Below, piece after piece: positions 1 to 11,073 of a stretch of 64,000 nt of DNA. A program made the translations under genes and the position numbers. The stretch is from IMG/VR virus record IMGVR_UViG_2563367173_000013. One strand, given 5' to 3'. The first letter of the stretch is position 1; each line of letters starts with the position of its first letter. Source of the DNA: an uncultured virus (IMG/VR IMGVR_UViG_2563367173_000013) (taxonomy: Duplodnaviria; Heunggongvirae; Uroviricota; Caudoviricetes). The notes below the pieces were generated by a model, which was not told the origin of the DNA, did not search any database, and saw nothing but the letters and a program-made list of their open reading frames with translations.

Positions 1-2186
1 TTACCTTAAAATCTTAATCGTTTTACTCTGTGCATCTATTTCCAAATATAAAGCACTCTTATACTGTTGAAATTGCTTGTCCCCCACACCCACTGCTGCA
101 GGTATGCCAAGCTCCCCTGCACGTATAGCCATATGAGAATTAGCTCCGCCATACATTGTAACAAATCCACCTATTTCATGAGAAAAAATCCAATCATAGC
201 CAGGATCCGCACTCGGTATTAAAACAATTTTTCCTTGCAAATCATATGAACCATGTATCGTTTCCAACAAACAGACATCTCCAGACACTTTACCTGAAGT
301 AATAAAATTCGGTTCCGAATCCGGATAGTAGAATCTGATAGCGTCTTCCGGGTTTATAATAACAGGCGGAAGCGTAATCGTCTGTGTGATTTCATAATTT
401 CGTTTTCCCTGTTGAATAGAATACAAAAACTCCGAACGAATGTCCTTCGTTGACGCATACATCTCATAAATAGTACGTATATTGATATATGCACACTCCT
501 CCACACCGATACCTTCACGTCGCCCAAAATTCTCAATCAGCTGAATCGCTTTACTTAGGTTTCTCGTAAATACAAACTTTCCATACTCACGTCCTTCAAT
601 CACAGTTTTAATAAAATCCATTAACTCCAGTATATCATTTGTCAGGCCATTTTCAAACAATTTATTTTTCAAATCTGTCAGTTGTTTCAAAGAAAGGCGA
701 AATTCTTTTTCATTAATTTCCTGTTGTTCCCCACCTTCTTTCCATTCAAAATACAATTCCGGCGCTTCGTCATAACGCAGTGAAGTAATATCATAAGTCC
801 CTGGCCGCAGATGTCCGTATTTTTTCAAAAATGCACTTTTTGACAGATTTCGAAAATCTGTATTCATGCCTGAACTGACCGTATTTACTTCATTCATAAA
901 CAATTCATAGTCAGACTCCGTTAAAATACCACAAGTTGTCAATGACTTAAGAATCTGCACGGCAATAAATGCCCCTCTGGCCAGTCCTGCAAATGGAAGT
1001 GTTCCATACCGCTTACAGTCTTCCAGCAACCAGTATATCTTTTCAATATCTCAAATTCCGCTTTATCATGTTTCTGAGGATTATCAATCAATCGGTTAAT
1101 ATAATAATTCACCAATTTTTCACTGAGTTCTTCTTCCAACTCTGCAGGAACAAACGAATTGAAGCTGACACGCACATCAATATATGGCAATCCCGCAAAA
1201 TCTACCATTAACGGAAAACTCCTCAGATTACGGTACCCGTAGTTATCTCTTTGATATGCCCATACACTGTCTGTAATAATTTCTCTGTATAAAGATAATG
1301 CCAGTGGTTTTGGACGTATCCCGATCATCTCTGCCGGATTCCAATCAGTCATAACACTATAGATTGCCTTTTCTCCACATAAAAAAGGTTTTTTCGTCTG
1401 TTCACGACGGATCCTTGCTTCTATGCGGTCCAGTTCTATTTTCTGCTTATTAAGCTCTGCCGGTCGACCATTTAAACATAGCGTACGCACCTGAAGAATA
1501 TAAAGTTGTCCATCTTCGGTAAATGCAAACTCAACATCAAGATTTTCCTGTCCGAAAAATTCCTCCAGTTCAGCTAATGCATCACATAACTTTTGCATTT
1601 CATCTGATGTGTTTTCACATTTGCTCCCTTTAAACAAATAAAATAAAACATTGTCTGTACCACTCCCGGATGTGACTGCACTTGTGGAACCGGTATCATT
1701 ATAATTTATTACATAATAATTTCCAAATGTATTGGGGTCAATTGTAAATGCTACCCCGCAGGATTTTACGTGCTGAAGCATTGGCTGAACGAGTACCTGA
1801 TCCTGTGTATTTTCACCGGCACAAGACCCAAGCATTTTCTTCCGTGTATCTCTGTCATCATTGCATACAGAATTTTGCTCCTGATTGTTTATATCATAAG
1901 ATGCTACCACCCGTTCTACCGCATTTATAAAGTTTTCTTTCCCTGATACATCCAATACAGATTCGAACTTTCCAGCTAAAGATTGTGTAGATGTATCCTC
2001 TAAAAGTGAACTGCTGCGCACTATAACAGATTGATTCCATGCGAGTTTCCCATAGTTTTTTAAAATTCTGTCCCGTGAGTTATTCCAATCCTGCACCGTA
2101 AAGCACACTTGTGGTAAAATCTTCGCTTTTTTTATCTTTTGATAAAGTCGCTGCAATGTCTCTGCCTTTGTTCCTAATTTTTCCAT
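1..2186 (-). pseudogene. PEP-utilizer/PPDK-fold L-glutamine kinase-like enzyme (Campylobacter Cj1418-type, phosphoramidate biosynthesis), split by a frameshifting lesion near 1045
   Basis: N-part 939..2186 has VRSS, SLAGKFES, DVEFA, MTDWNPAEMIG and HDKAEFEI. C-part 1..1029 has GHLRPGTYDI, IPSADPGYDW and the phospho-His motif GGANSHMAIRA. The two parts are in different frames. Confidence 0.8.
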
Positions 2187-3159
2187 TATAGCTATAACTC
2201 CGCTTTCTCCTGTCTACAATCTTGTATTTCATCCTGTTCTACTTCATCCCAGAATTTTCCCATAACTTCTTGTTTACGGACTTTCCATAAGCTTTCTGCG
2301 ATTTCCCTTTGTGTGGCTCCCAGTATATGATCATCTTGGATATATCTTCTACCTTTTCCCCTGCATTTTCGCAAAAGCAATATGTATAATAACAAACAAT
2401 TACCAAGATGTAAAATATTCTTTTTCACGCAAACACTCTGACATACTTTGATTAAATATTTCTTTTTGTAAAAAAATGCTTTTTTCTTGAGGTATAAGCG
2501 TACTCTCTTCCTCATATGTTTTCCAAAACATTGTTAAAATCTTAGATCCGTGTATCATTGACAATCTTTCACAAATAGAATATAGATTATAAGACAAATA
2601 ACAATATGGAATCAATATTATATCCGGATGTCCATATAATATCTGACGAAAAAAAGCACTACCACTATAACCACATATAATCCCAAGAATAATCATTTTG
2701 GGAATAGTCCCTGTTTCCTTTTCTGTATTTATCCCAATTCTTCCCGTTGAGGTTTTGAAATATTTTACATCTTCAAATGGATATTCTATTATATTTTCTG
2801 TTTTGCAATATTTTTCTATGTGCATTTATCGCTGATTTAAAATAGTATCTACCGTCATCTTTATAGCTGTATCCGTAGTATTGATGAATCAACAACAAAC
2901 AAATATCATTTTCTTGTATTTCATCCACAATTATCTTCTGTACGGTTCCTTCATCTTCATATTTTCCCAAAACATCACAATACCGGATTTTTCCGTACAG
3001 TTCCTCTTTCTCATCTAGAATATTCATCAGTTTCATGTATAACAATAAATCTCCTGCCAATATGATGCGCCCCAATAAATACTGTACACCATATTTTAAT
3101 ATATTTAGAAATCCTCCATTCGAAATTTCAGTATAGTCCTGTAATGCAAAAAACTGTTG

Positions 3160-3193
3160 GTTTCTTTTAACCCCTAGTTTCTTTTAACCCCTA
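3160..3193. repeat. Perfect 17-bp tandem duplication GTTTCTTTTAACCCCTA x2
   Basis: Read directly at 3160-3176 and 3177-3193. Confidence 0.95.
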
Positions 3194-3409
3194 AATAGCT
3201 GCTCATATTCGTATGTCCAAATCCCCACGCACTGTTTTTCGCATCCGCATCTATGAGTATAAGACGCTCCCATTTTACCTCTGCCTGCATTCTTCCAGTA
3301 ATCGGCTTTCTAAATATTTTCCTGTTCTCACAATCAATCGTTCCTGAAATAAAGCAGCAAATATCTATTCCATATCCCAAGAGTATATCATATGCATTTA
3401 ATGCTGTCT

Positions 3410-3421
3410 CCCCCCCCCCCC
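3410..3421 (-). repeat. G12 homopolymer on the coding strand
   Basis: 12 consecutive C on the + strand. Confidence 0.95.
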
Positions 3422-3584
3422 GTGCCAAGTATAGCAACCTGCTTGTTCTGCAAAGTATGCATAAGACCTTCCAAATTATCCTCTGCATCGCGAACTGTTC
3501 CTGCCAAAATATTCGCTTCGTAAATTTTATCAACACATTCGAACTCTGGAGACACACTATTTCTTCTCTAGTCCAAACGCCTAT

Positions 3585-4526
3585 CTACCTTTCCATTCTA
3601 GTCGGCTGACTCAAAAAATCTTCATAAGCCAATCTTATCCCTTCCTTTAATTCTGTTTTATACTTCCATCCCAAAGCTCTCGCTTTACTCACATCAAGCA
3701 ATTTTCGTGGTGTACCGTTAGGTTTATTGACATCCCATAAAATCTCTCCATTATATCCTACTACTTGAGCAACTGTTTCAGCTAAATCCTTTATTGAAAG
3801 CTCCTTACCTGTACCTGCATTTACTGTCTCGTTTCCGGTATAATGGTTCATTAAAAATATACAAAAATCTGCTAAATCATCTACATATAAAAATTCCCGC
3901 AGAGCACTTCCGTCTCCCCAACATGTAACAAATGCTGATCCGTTCTCTTTAGCCTCATGAAATCTGCGAATCATAGCTGGTAATACATGACTATGAGTAA
4001 GATGATAGTTATCATTTGGCCCATATAAATTTGTCGGCATTACAGAAATATAATCCGTTCCATACTGCCGATTCAAATACTCACAATATTTCAAACCACT
4101 AATCTTCGCCAACGCATAAGCTTCATTCGTTTTCTCGAGTTCACTCGTTAAAAGACAACTCTCTGGCATGGGCTGGGGTGCTAGACGTGGATAGATACAA
4201 GATGATCCCAAAAATTCTAATTTTTTACAATTATTTTTCCAAGCGGCATGAATTACATTCATTTCCAAAACCATATTTTCATACATAAAATCTGCTAAAG
4301 CTTCAGCATTTGCCGCAATTCCTCCCACTTTTCCAGCTGCTAAAAATACATATCTCGGCTTTTCCTTTTCAAAAAAATCTTCCACATCGTTTTGTCTAGT
4401 CAAATCAAGCTCTGCATGCGTACGCAATACTAAATTTGTATATCCTTGCCTTAACAATTCTCTCACAATTGCAGATCCTACCATCCCTTTGTGTCCAGCA
4501 ACAAAAATCTTATCATTTTTATTCAT
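3585..4526 (-). CDS. fcl: GDP-L-fucose synthase
   Basis: VAGHKGMVGSA, LGSSCIYP, YALAK, PTNLYGPNDN, GTPRKLLD. Confidence 0.95.
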   Translation of the reverse strand: MNKNDKIFVAGHKGMVGSAIVRELLRQGYTNLVLRTHAELDLTRQNDVEDFFEKEKPRYVFLAAGKVGGIAANAEALADFMYENMVLEMNVIHAAWKNNCKKLEFLGSSCIYPRLAPQPMPESCLLTSELEKTNEAYALAKISGLKYCEYLNRQYGTDYISVMPTNLYGPNDNYHLTHSHVLPAMIRRFHEAKENGSAFVTCWGDGSALREFLYVDDLADFCIFLMNHYTGNETVNAGTGKELSIKDLAETVAQVVGYNGEILWDVNKPNGTPRKLLDVSKARALGWKYKTELKEGIRLAYEDFLSQPTRMER

Positions 4527-4553
4527 AATTTTAGATCTCCTGAATTTTATACA

Positions 4554-5642
4554 TTACTTCACAACACCCTTTTCTAAATATTCCTCTAAATTCACTCTTA
4601 TCTTTGTCTCCGCTTTTTCCATAGCTATCTTTTTCATATCATATTCAACCATTAATTTTACTAACTCTTCAAAGCCTGTTTTTGAAGGATCCCATCCCAA
4701 TTCAGTCATTGCTTTTGTTGGATCTCCACACAGATTAACAACATCAGTAGGACGATAAAAATCAGATGAAACCTCTACAAGTATCCTTCCTGAATTTTTA
4801 TCAATACCCTTTTCTTCAATTCCAACTCCCTGAAATTCTAATTCAATCCCCGCATAATGAAATGCCAACATACAAAATTCTCGTACAGAATGCTGTCTAC
4901 CTGTTGCAATTACATAATCCTGAGGCTTATCATTTTGAAGCATCAACCACATACATTCTACATAATCGCGAGCATATCCCCAATCACGCAACGCAGAAAG
5001 GTTTCCAAGACGCAGTTTGTCCTGTCTTCCCTGAGCGATTCTTGCAGCAGCAAGTGTAATTTTTCTTGTAACAAATGTCTCTCCACGCCGTTCTGATTCA
5101 TGATTGAATAAAATTCCTGAACAACAAAACATGTGATAGGCTTCTCTATATTCTTTTACAATCCAAAATCCATATTGCTTTGCAACGGCATAAGGGCTGT
5201 AAGGATGAAACGGCGTCGTTTCAGTCTGTGGAACCTCTTCCACTTTTCCATATAATTCCGAAGTAGAAGCTTGATAAATACGGCATGTCTTTACTTGTCC
5301 CGTAAGTCTTACCGCTTCCAATATCCTAAGGACTCCAACCGCATCTACATCCGCGGTAAATTCCGGAACATCAAAGCTAACCTGAACATGAGACTGTGCT
5401 GCCAGATTATATATTTCATCGGGTCTTATTTTTCCAATAATATTTAACAAACTCATTGAATCACCCAAATCACCATAGTGCAAATGAAAATGTGGATGAC
5501 CCTCTATATGTGCTATTCTTTCTCTATAATCTACAGAGGAACGTCGAATCATGCCATGCACATCATATCCTTTATCCAGTAAAAATTCGGATAAATAAGA
5601 GCCATCCTGTCCGGAAATCCCAGTAATTAATGCCTTTTTCAA
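4554..5642 (-). CDS. gmd: GDP-mannose 4,6-dehydratase
   Basis: [47 protein letters not shown] start at 5642 chosen because it follows AGGAGG (track ORF starts 5678). Confidence 0.95.
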   Translation of the reverse strand: MKKALITGISGQDGSYLSEFLLDKGYDVHGMIRRSSVDYRERIAHIEGHPHFHLHYGDLGDSMSLLNIIGKIRPDEIYNLAAQSHVQVSFDVPEFTADVDAVGVLRILEAVRLTGQVKTCRIYQASTSELYGKVEEVPQTETTPFHPYSPYAVAKQYGFWIVKEYREAYHMFCCSGILFNHESERRGETFVTRKITLAAARIAQGRQDKLRLGNLSALRDWGYARDYVECMWLMLQNDKPQDYVIATGRQHSVREFCMLAFHYAGIELEFQGVGIEEKGIDKNSGRILVEVSSDFYRPTDVVNLCGDPTKAMTELGWDPSKTGFEELVKLMVEYDMKKIAMEKAETKIRVNLEEYLEKGVVK

Positions 5643-5799
5643 TACAAACCTCCTGTCTGCAATTCCTGCCCTGCTCAAAATTTATATTCACTGTCCAATT
5701 TTTCTTATATTCAATACAATATATTTCTTTTAAAATTCATACTTGAACTATAGTTTCTTCAATATTCTTTTCAGTTCTAAAAACACCTACAAAATCAAA

Positions 5800-6456
5800 T
5801 TATATACAATATTCTCGTACCTCTTTTAAAATTTCTCCATACGATCTTTTTTTACCAAACAATACAGTTGTCCCTAACACAAAACCCTTTACTCCTCTAG
5901 GTGCATAAGTTTTTATTTTATCATCAGAACATGCTCCATCCCAGTATACTTCAATATTCCGTTCTTTTCTTATTCGAAGAAATTTATTTAATTTTTGACC
6001 TATATATGGTAAAAATACCTGTCCGGCATTTCCAGGATTTACACTCATAACTAAAACTCTTTGTGCCAGAAATAATAACTCATTAACTGTCTCAAAAGAA
6101 GTACCTGGATTAACAGCAATACCCGGAATAATTCCGGCGTTAATTATTGCTTGTAATGTTGTTGCCGGATGATAATCAGCTTCCGGATGCACATAGATAA
6201 CATCTACTCCACACTCAATAAAAACTTTTAAATAGCTTAATGGTCTTTTTATCATCAAATGAACTTCTACCGGTTTTTTTGTCAGTCTTCGTATGCATTT
6301 TAAATCTTGTATTCCCATACAAAAATTAGGCACAAATTGTCCATCCATAATATCAATATGGAAAGAATCAATCCCTCCTTCTTCTAACAACATTATTTCT
6401 TTTTCCAAATTTGCATAATTTGCACACATCATAGATGCCGATAATTCTGTCTGCAT
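5800..6456 (-). CDS. rpe: Ribulose-phosphate 3-epimerase family protein (Rpe/AlsE-like)
   Basis: HIDIMDGQFVPN, EVHLM, VMSVNPG. Confidence 0.8.
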   Translation of the reverse strand: MQTELSASMMCANYANLEKEIMLLEEGGIDSFHIDIMDGQFVPNFCMGIQDLKCIRRLTKKPVEVHLMIKRPLSYLKVFIECGVDVIYVHPEADYHPATTLQAIINAGIIPGIAVNPGTSFETVNELLFLAQRVLVMSVNPGNAGQVFLPYIGQKLNKFLRIRKERNIEVYWDGACSDDKIKTYAPRGVKGFVLGTTVLFGKKRSYGEILKEVREYCI

Positions 6457-6578
6457 AATTTAACTCATCCTCCGTGAATGTACTGCTGCTCTCCACACAG
6501 CCAAATTTATTATATCTTAACATACATCGGCCTCAATGCGCTATTATATTTTGCCGACTATTCATTGATAAAAGTTTT

Positions 6579-7709
6579 TCATAAATTTAATTCTTTAGTT
6601 TGTTGAATTCTATGGCACAAACTCTCATACTTTGACCTAGTCCGCTGAGTTGCCAATTTTGCACGCTCATCTAACCAACCACCATTAAAATGATGGATTG
6701 CATAAGTATCATCTGTTAATTCCATTTTTCCCGACATATAATCATATGGATGAAAATAATCGTATGTATATATATTCATTCCAAGAATAGTCTGGTTTTG
6801 GCCATTTAAAACATAGCCACAATCCATCGCAACCCTCGTATCTAAAAAACCACTCGAAAGAATATCCGCACTTCCTTCTTCATTTATAAATCTTCTCTGC
6901 TTCCACGCCTGTAAAAATCTTTTTAAAGCAGGATGTTTTGGTATTGCTCCACTACAACCACCAAAATTAAGAACCTGCCATTTCTCAACACTACAAAATG
7001 CCTCCTGATACAGCATATCATCAAGATTCCTGATTACTTCAACATCAGTGTCCATGTAAATTCCTCCGTGATGGTACAAAATATCTATCCTTGCATAATC
7101 AGGAACATAACCATATTTTTCATACTGATATGCCTGGTCCATATAAACACTTTTTTTTACATCATAATTTGATTCATCCCATTTAATTATCTCATAATCA
7201 GGACAATATTTACGCCAGCTTTCAACACACATTTGTAAATTTTTTGGAAGCGTACCACCGCCAAGCCACATATAATGAATTTTTTTTGGAATTACAGGTT
7301 TTTTACTTGTCTGCAAAACTCCTTTTCCACCATAATTATGAAAATTTGTGATACACATCATAGGCATTATATAACATATCATTGTCTTTGTGCAATCCAT
7401 CTGCTCCAATTGTTCCAATGCTTCTGCATATCTACTAATATTGACAAAAACGGCTATATTAGCAACCAGTTTATCTAAAATATCTGGGGAATAAATCTTA
7501 ACTTTATTCTCTCCTAAGTCAATAGTTTTTCCCCATTTTAATGAATCATTATCTATACAACATTCTACTTTATTAATAAGACCCAAATTATTCAAAATTG
7601 CAGGTGTTATACTTGATCCAATTACGCCTACGCCAAACAGAACTATCTTTCTACTATGCATTTTTATATCAGACGCCATTTCTTCAAAAGAGCCGCCCCC
7701 CAATTGCAC
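6579..7709 (-). CDS. GT32/OCH1-type DXD glycosyltransferase with N-terminal Rossmann-like module
   Basis: IPKKIHYMWLGG, DYARIDILY, GGIYMDTDVE, AIHHFNGGW. Confidence 0.85.
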   Translation of the reverse strand: MQLGGGSFEEMASDIKMHSRKIVLFGVGVIGSSITPAILNNLGLINKVECCIDNDSLKWGKTIDLGENKVKIYSPDILDKLVANIAVFVNISRYAEALEQLEQMDCTKTMICYIMPMMCITNFHNYGGKGVLQTSKKPVIPKKIHYMWLGGGTLPKNLQMCVESWRKYCPDYEIIKWDESNYDVKKSVYMDQAYQYEKYGYVPDYARIDILYHHGGIYMDTDVEVIRNLDDMLYQEAFCSVEKWQVLNFGGCSGAIPKHPALKRFLQAWKQRRFINEEGSADILSSGFLDTRVAMDCGYVLNGQNQTILGMNIYTYDYFHPYDYMSGKMELTDDTYAIHHFNGGWLDERAKLATQRTRSKYESLCHRIQQTKELNL

Positions 7710-7730
7710 GAATATCCCCCCTAAACATAT

Positions 7731-8774
7731 TTATTTTTCAAATGATGATTTATTTTGATACACCTTTCCCAAAGCCCCATTTATCTCTTTCTTTATCACT
7801 TCAAATTCTTCTGTAGAACAATTTTCATTTAAACTAACCATTTGATATGATTGTTGCTCAATTATTCTTGCAATATCTTTATAATTATCAATATTCACCA
7901 CAAAAGATTTTCCTAATGTTTTTCTCGGATAAAAATCTCCCTCACATATTTGCCAATAACGAATTAAAAATTGTGTAATATCAGTATAACTTCGAAAACG
8001 TTTTTCACACGTTTTCGACAATGCTTCGTTCTCTTTTACCCAAAGCTTTCTTAATGTTTCTTTTTTCATCGCACTTGCCATATGTGGATCTCTAAATCCA
8101 GCAAAATCGTACCAATAATGCATCATTATATTTCTCTGTAACAATTTACCATAACCCGGATAAAACCACTTCCAAAAATGTTTCTTTTGTACTTCTCTTT
8201 TCTTAAAATTCCTATTTATTGCGAGTAAATTATTTACTTGCGTATACTTAGCATTTGCTGTTACATCTCCAATATAAGTTGGAACAACATGTCCTTCTAT
8301 TGCTTCATCACATACCTTATTATGTTTAAAATAATATGACTCTTCAATATGCTGCAGTGGAAAAAAGTCATCATTAAAAAGAATAAAATTTTCTGATAAA
8401 TCTGGTATTCTATGTACATTTAATTCAATTGTACGACTCTTAAATGCCGGAAGGTACTTCTGTGGAATATATTCTTCATGTCTAACAATGCGCAATTTAG
8501 GATGATCTATATTTAGAAATGAAGGAATATGACCACACGTTAACAAAAAGATTTTATGAAACCATGGCAAATTCTTCTCCACCGCCCTAAACCAATATTC
8601 CAAGTTATCCCAGCTTTCGTACCTGACATTAGTATTTGCTTTATAATCTACAGAAGATTTTGCTCGCCATTGTTCCTTTCGTTCCATCCATTCAGGATCG
8701 CTCCCATCTACCCATGGAAGCACAATATCTACTTTATCATTTTTTACTTTGTCTAACTTCCGTGCCTTTAGCAT
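7731..8774 (-). CDS. Stealth family hexose-1-phosphate transferase
   Basis: CR1 DIVLPWVDGSDPEW; CR2 SRTIE...IPDLSENFILFNDDFF; CR3 KRFRSYTD; CR4 VSLNE. Confidence 0.9.
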   Translation of the reverse strand: MLKARKLDKVKNDKVDIVLPWVDGSDPEWMERKEQWRAKSSVDYKANTNVRYESWDNLEYWFRAVEKNLPWFHKIFLLTCGHIPSFLNIDHPKLRIVRHEEYIPQKYLPAFKSRTIELNVHRIPDLSENFILFNDDFFPLQHIEESYYFKHNKVCDEAIEGHVVPTYIGDVTANAKYTQVNNLLAINRNFKKREVQKKHFWKWFYPGYGKLLQRNIMMHYWYDFAGFRDPHMASAMKKETLRKLWVKENEALSKTCEKRFRSYTDITQFLIRYWQICEGDFYPRKTLGKSFVVNIDNYKDIARIIEQQSYQMVSLNENCSTEEFEVIKKEINGALGKVYQNKSSFEK

Positions 8775-9232
8775 GTCATCACAAGCTCCTCTAACAAATA
8801 TACATCACAATCCATACAACGCCTTATTTTTTCTTTCAATACATTTTGATCATTCACGGTAGTAATTATAACAACATCTACTTCCGGCAAATGATCTGAA
8901 AAAGGATAGACAGCAATATCCTTATAAAAAATTTCTTCTGCTCTTTGATCTATAATATATGTAACATTTATTTCTTTACCCTTTAATTCATTTATTAAAC
9001 TAACACCAAGCTTTCCTAATCCATAGATCGCAACACTATTATATTTTTTTTCAGCTATAAACGCAGCAACACTTTCCCCCTTATGTATCTTCTCTAACCA
9101 CATTTTATAAATGGAAAGTCGACTCTGAACATCAGATTGAAATAAGATTCTTTTTTGATTTTGAATATAACTTCCCAATATATAACCTATGCACATAGAC
9201 ATTACGCCAGTCAGAACTATCTTTTTCTGCAT
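8768..9232 (-). CDS. Hypothetical protein: N-terminal hydrophobic helix + stand-alone Rossmann-like module
   Basis: VAIYGLGKLG...YIIDQ...VDVVIIT; paralog of 14317..14793. Confidence 0.75.
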   Translation of the reverse strand: MQKKIVLTGVMSMCIGYILGSYIQNQKRILFQSDVQSRLSIYKMWLEKIHKGESVAAFIAEKKYNSVAIYGLGKLGVSLINELKGKEINVTYIIDQRAEEIFYKDIAVYPFSDHLPEVDVVIITTVNDQNVLKEKIRRCMDCDVYLLEELVMTC

Positions 9233-10086
9233 AATCTTCTCCTCCCTGTTTTAAAAGAAACAATATTTCTCAACAGGTAATACGGCAACAATTTCACAAA
9301 TAGCCAATGCCAGGAACTCTTTCTGTTCTGTCTATTACGCTCTTCATCATAGTCATTAAACAAAATTTTTGCAGATTGATTTTCATTGTGAAATATAATT
9401 GCATCATCAGCAAACCCCGTGCATAATCCTACCTTATCTATCATCAATGTTAAAATATGTTCTTCACAATATAAAAAAGTATATGGATATAATCCATCAT
9501 ATTTACTAAAAAAAGCTGGGGTTAAAAGAAACGCACATCCATTAACTCGTTTTATTTTTTTGCCATCTTTAAGCTTATTAAGTAATTTTAATACAACCGG
9601 ACTATGCACATAGAACCCTATACACGTAAACAAGATATCTTTAACCGAATATGCAGCATTTGTGAGAAGTTTTCCTGTTCCATCGGGCAGCAAAATTCTG
9701 GAACTAATTACCGCAGTATTGCTAGTTTCTACCTTTAAAAGTTTATCCAAAAACTGCTCTTCCATAATTACTATATCACTATTTAATAACATCACATATT
9801 CAGCTTTCAACACCATTTTTGCATATCGAATGCCTATATTATTCCCTTTTGCAAAACCATAATTACGATGTGTGCGCAAAACAGTAACTTCCTTATTTCC
9901 AATAAATTTTCCGGATAATATCTGAAATGAATCATTACTTGATCCATTATCCACAATAACAATATGTTTGACCTGCATTTGTTTTTTTAAAATGCTTGCA
10001 ACGCATTTTTCAGTCTCCCAGTACGCAAGATAATTCAATATAACTGCAACAACATTCTTACTCAAAATCTTATACTCCATTTCCAC
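9217..10086 (-). CDS. GT2 glycosyltransferase
   Basis: VILNY, IVDNGS, NYGFAKGNNIG, LLNSD, FLYCEE. Confidence 0.88.
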   Translation of the reverse strand: MEMEYKILSKNVVAVILNYLAYWETEKCVASILKKQMQVKHIVIVDNGSSNDSFQILSGKFIGNKEVTVLRTHRNYGFAKGNNIGIRYAKMVLKAEYVMLLNSDIVIMEEQFLDKLLKVETSNTAVISSRILLPDGTGKLLTNAAYSVKDILFTCIGFYVHSPVVLKLLNKLKDGKKIKRVNGCAFLLTPAFFSKYDGLYPYTFLYCEEHILTLMIDKVGLCTGFADDAIIFHNENQSAKILFNDYDEERNRQNRKSSWHWLFVKLLPYYLLRNIVSFKTGRRRLCRKR

Positions 10087-10108
10087 TTGCTATACAGTAT
10101 ATATACCA

Positions 10109-11047
10109 TTAATTTTTTATAAATAATATGTGACCATCTATTCCTTCCTTTTGAAGCTGTTTTTCTATTTCAACCGCATATTCTTCCCTTGCACTTACAA
10201 TACAGTGATACTTGTCAGCGTTTTTTAAATACTCTTCAAATGAAATAACCTGTTTATTACAGTATAATTCGCCTATCTTTTTAGCGTTATTATCAACAAA
10301 AAAGGCTACTTTATCCCCTAAAATATCAACCACATTTTTTCCTATCTCACCCGCTCCAAATAAAACAATCGGTCTGTCATCCTTTCCATATTTACATACT
10401 TTGTCCAAGGCATCTTGTAGGGTCCTATACGTAACTTTTACACTACCATCCCTCTGAATTCTCCGTTCATATATAAAGGGCTGCGGTATTTGTAAATATG
10501 CTTCTGGTTCCTTTTGTGCCACAAGATAAGCATCATTTGCTACATGATCCCACTCCTCTGATACGCCAATATCCGGAATACCAGCTACCGAAACATGCAG
10601 CACTTTTAGTCCTGCCCATTTCGCTAACGCAGCCAACCCATCAGAAAAATAACGATAACAATCCGTAGGGTACTTATGCTCACCCATGCTATTAGGCGCA
10701 GTTATAATACAAAATCCTGATGGTCGAAGTACTCTTGCAATCTCCTTAATGGTTAGCCATGGAAACTCTATATGTTCAAATGCCTGCCCAGAAATAACTA
10801 AATCATATGATCGATCTTTTATTTCATCCCAACCATATGGATCTTTTGGAACAATGCTAACATTTGGTCCCTCACAAACATCTAAACCTGTATAAACATA
10901 CTTGGAAGTATTAAATATTTCTCTATAAGAACCATTTACATCATAACTTCCAACATCTAATACTTTCACATTCTCTTGATTATTTAACAAGTATGTTTCA
11001 TAGTAATGAACTAAGTAATCCATTCTTTTATATGTACTTTTATGCAT
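10109..11047 (-). CDS. Class I SAM methyltransferase with C-terminal Rossmann-like module
   Basis: VLDVGS, ISGQAFEH, RVLRPSG, then IVLFGAGEIG...FFVDNN. Confidence 0.85.
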   Translation of the reverse strand: MHKSTYKRMDYLVHYYETYLLNNQENVKVLDVGSYDVNGSYREIFNTSKYVYTGLDVCEGPNVSIVPKDPYGWDEIKDRSYDLVISGQAFEHIEFPWLTIKEIARVLRPSGFCIITAPNSMGEHKYPTDCYRYFSDGLAALAKWAGLKVLHVSVAGIPDIGVSEEWDHVANDAYLVAQKEPEAYLQIPQPFIYERRIQRDGSVKVTYRTLQDALDKVCKYGKDDRPIVLFGAGEIGKNVVDILGDKVAFFVDNNAKKIGELYCNKQVISFEEYLKNADKYHCIVSAREEYAVEIEKQLQKEGIDGHILFIKN

Positions 11048-11073
11048 TTTAATCCTCCATTTGAAAATATCCC

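Larger units (their letters stand above)
2192..3557 (-). pseudogene. Degraded gene: Rossmann-like module plus sulfotransferase-like P-loop domain
   Basis: Four ORF fragments. Motif GYSGSAFFRQILYGHPDI resembles sulfotransferase-family P-loops. Lesions: G12 tract at 3410-3421, 17-bp duplication at 3160-3193, frameshift near 2825, stop at 2400. Confidence 0.6.

Noticed and set aside
6524..6552. GCCGATGT upstream of rpe as a second sigma28 promoter
   Set aside because: No TAAA at the correct spacing.
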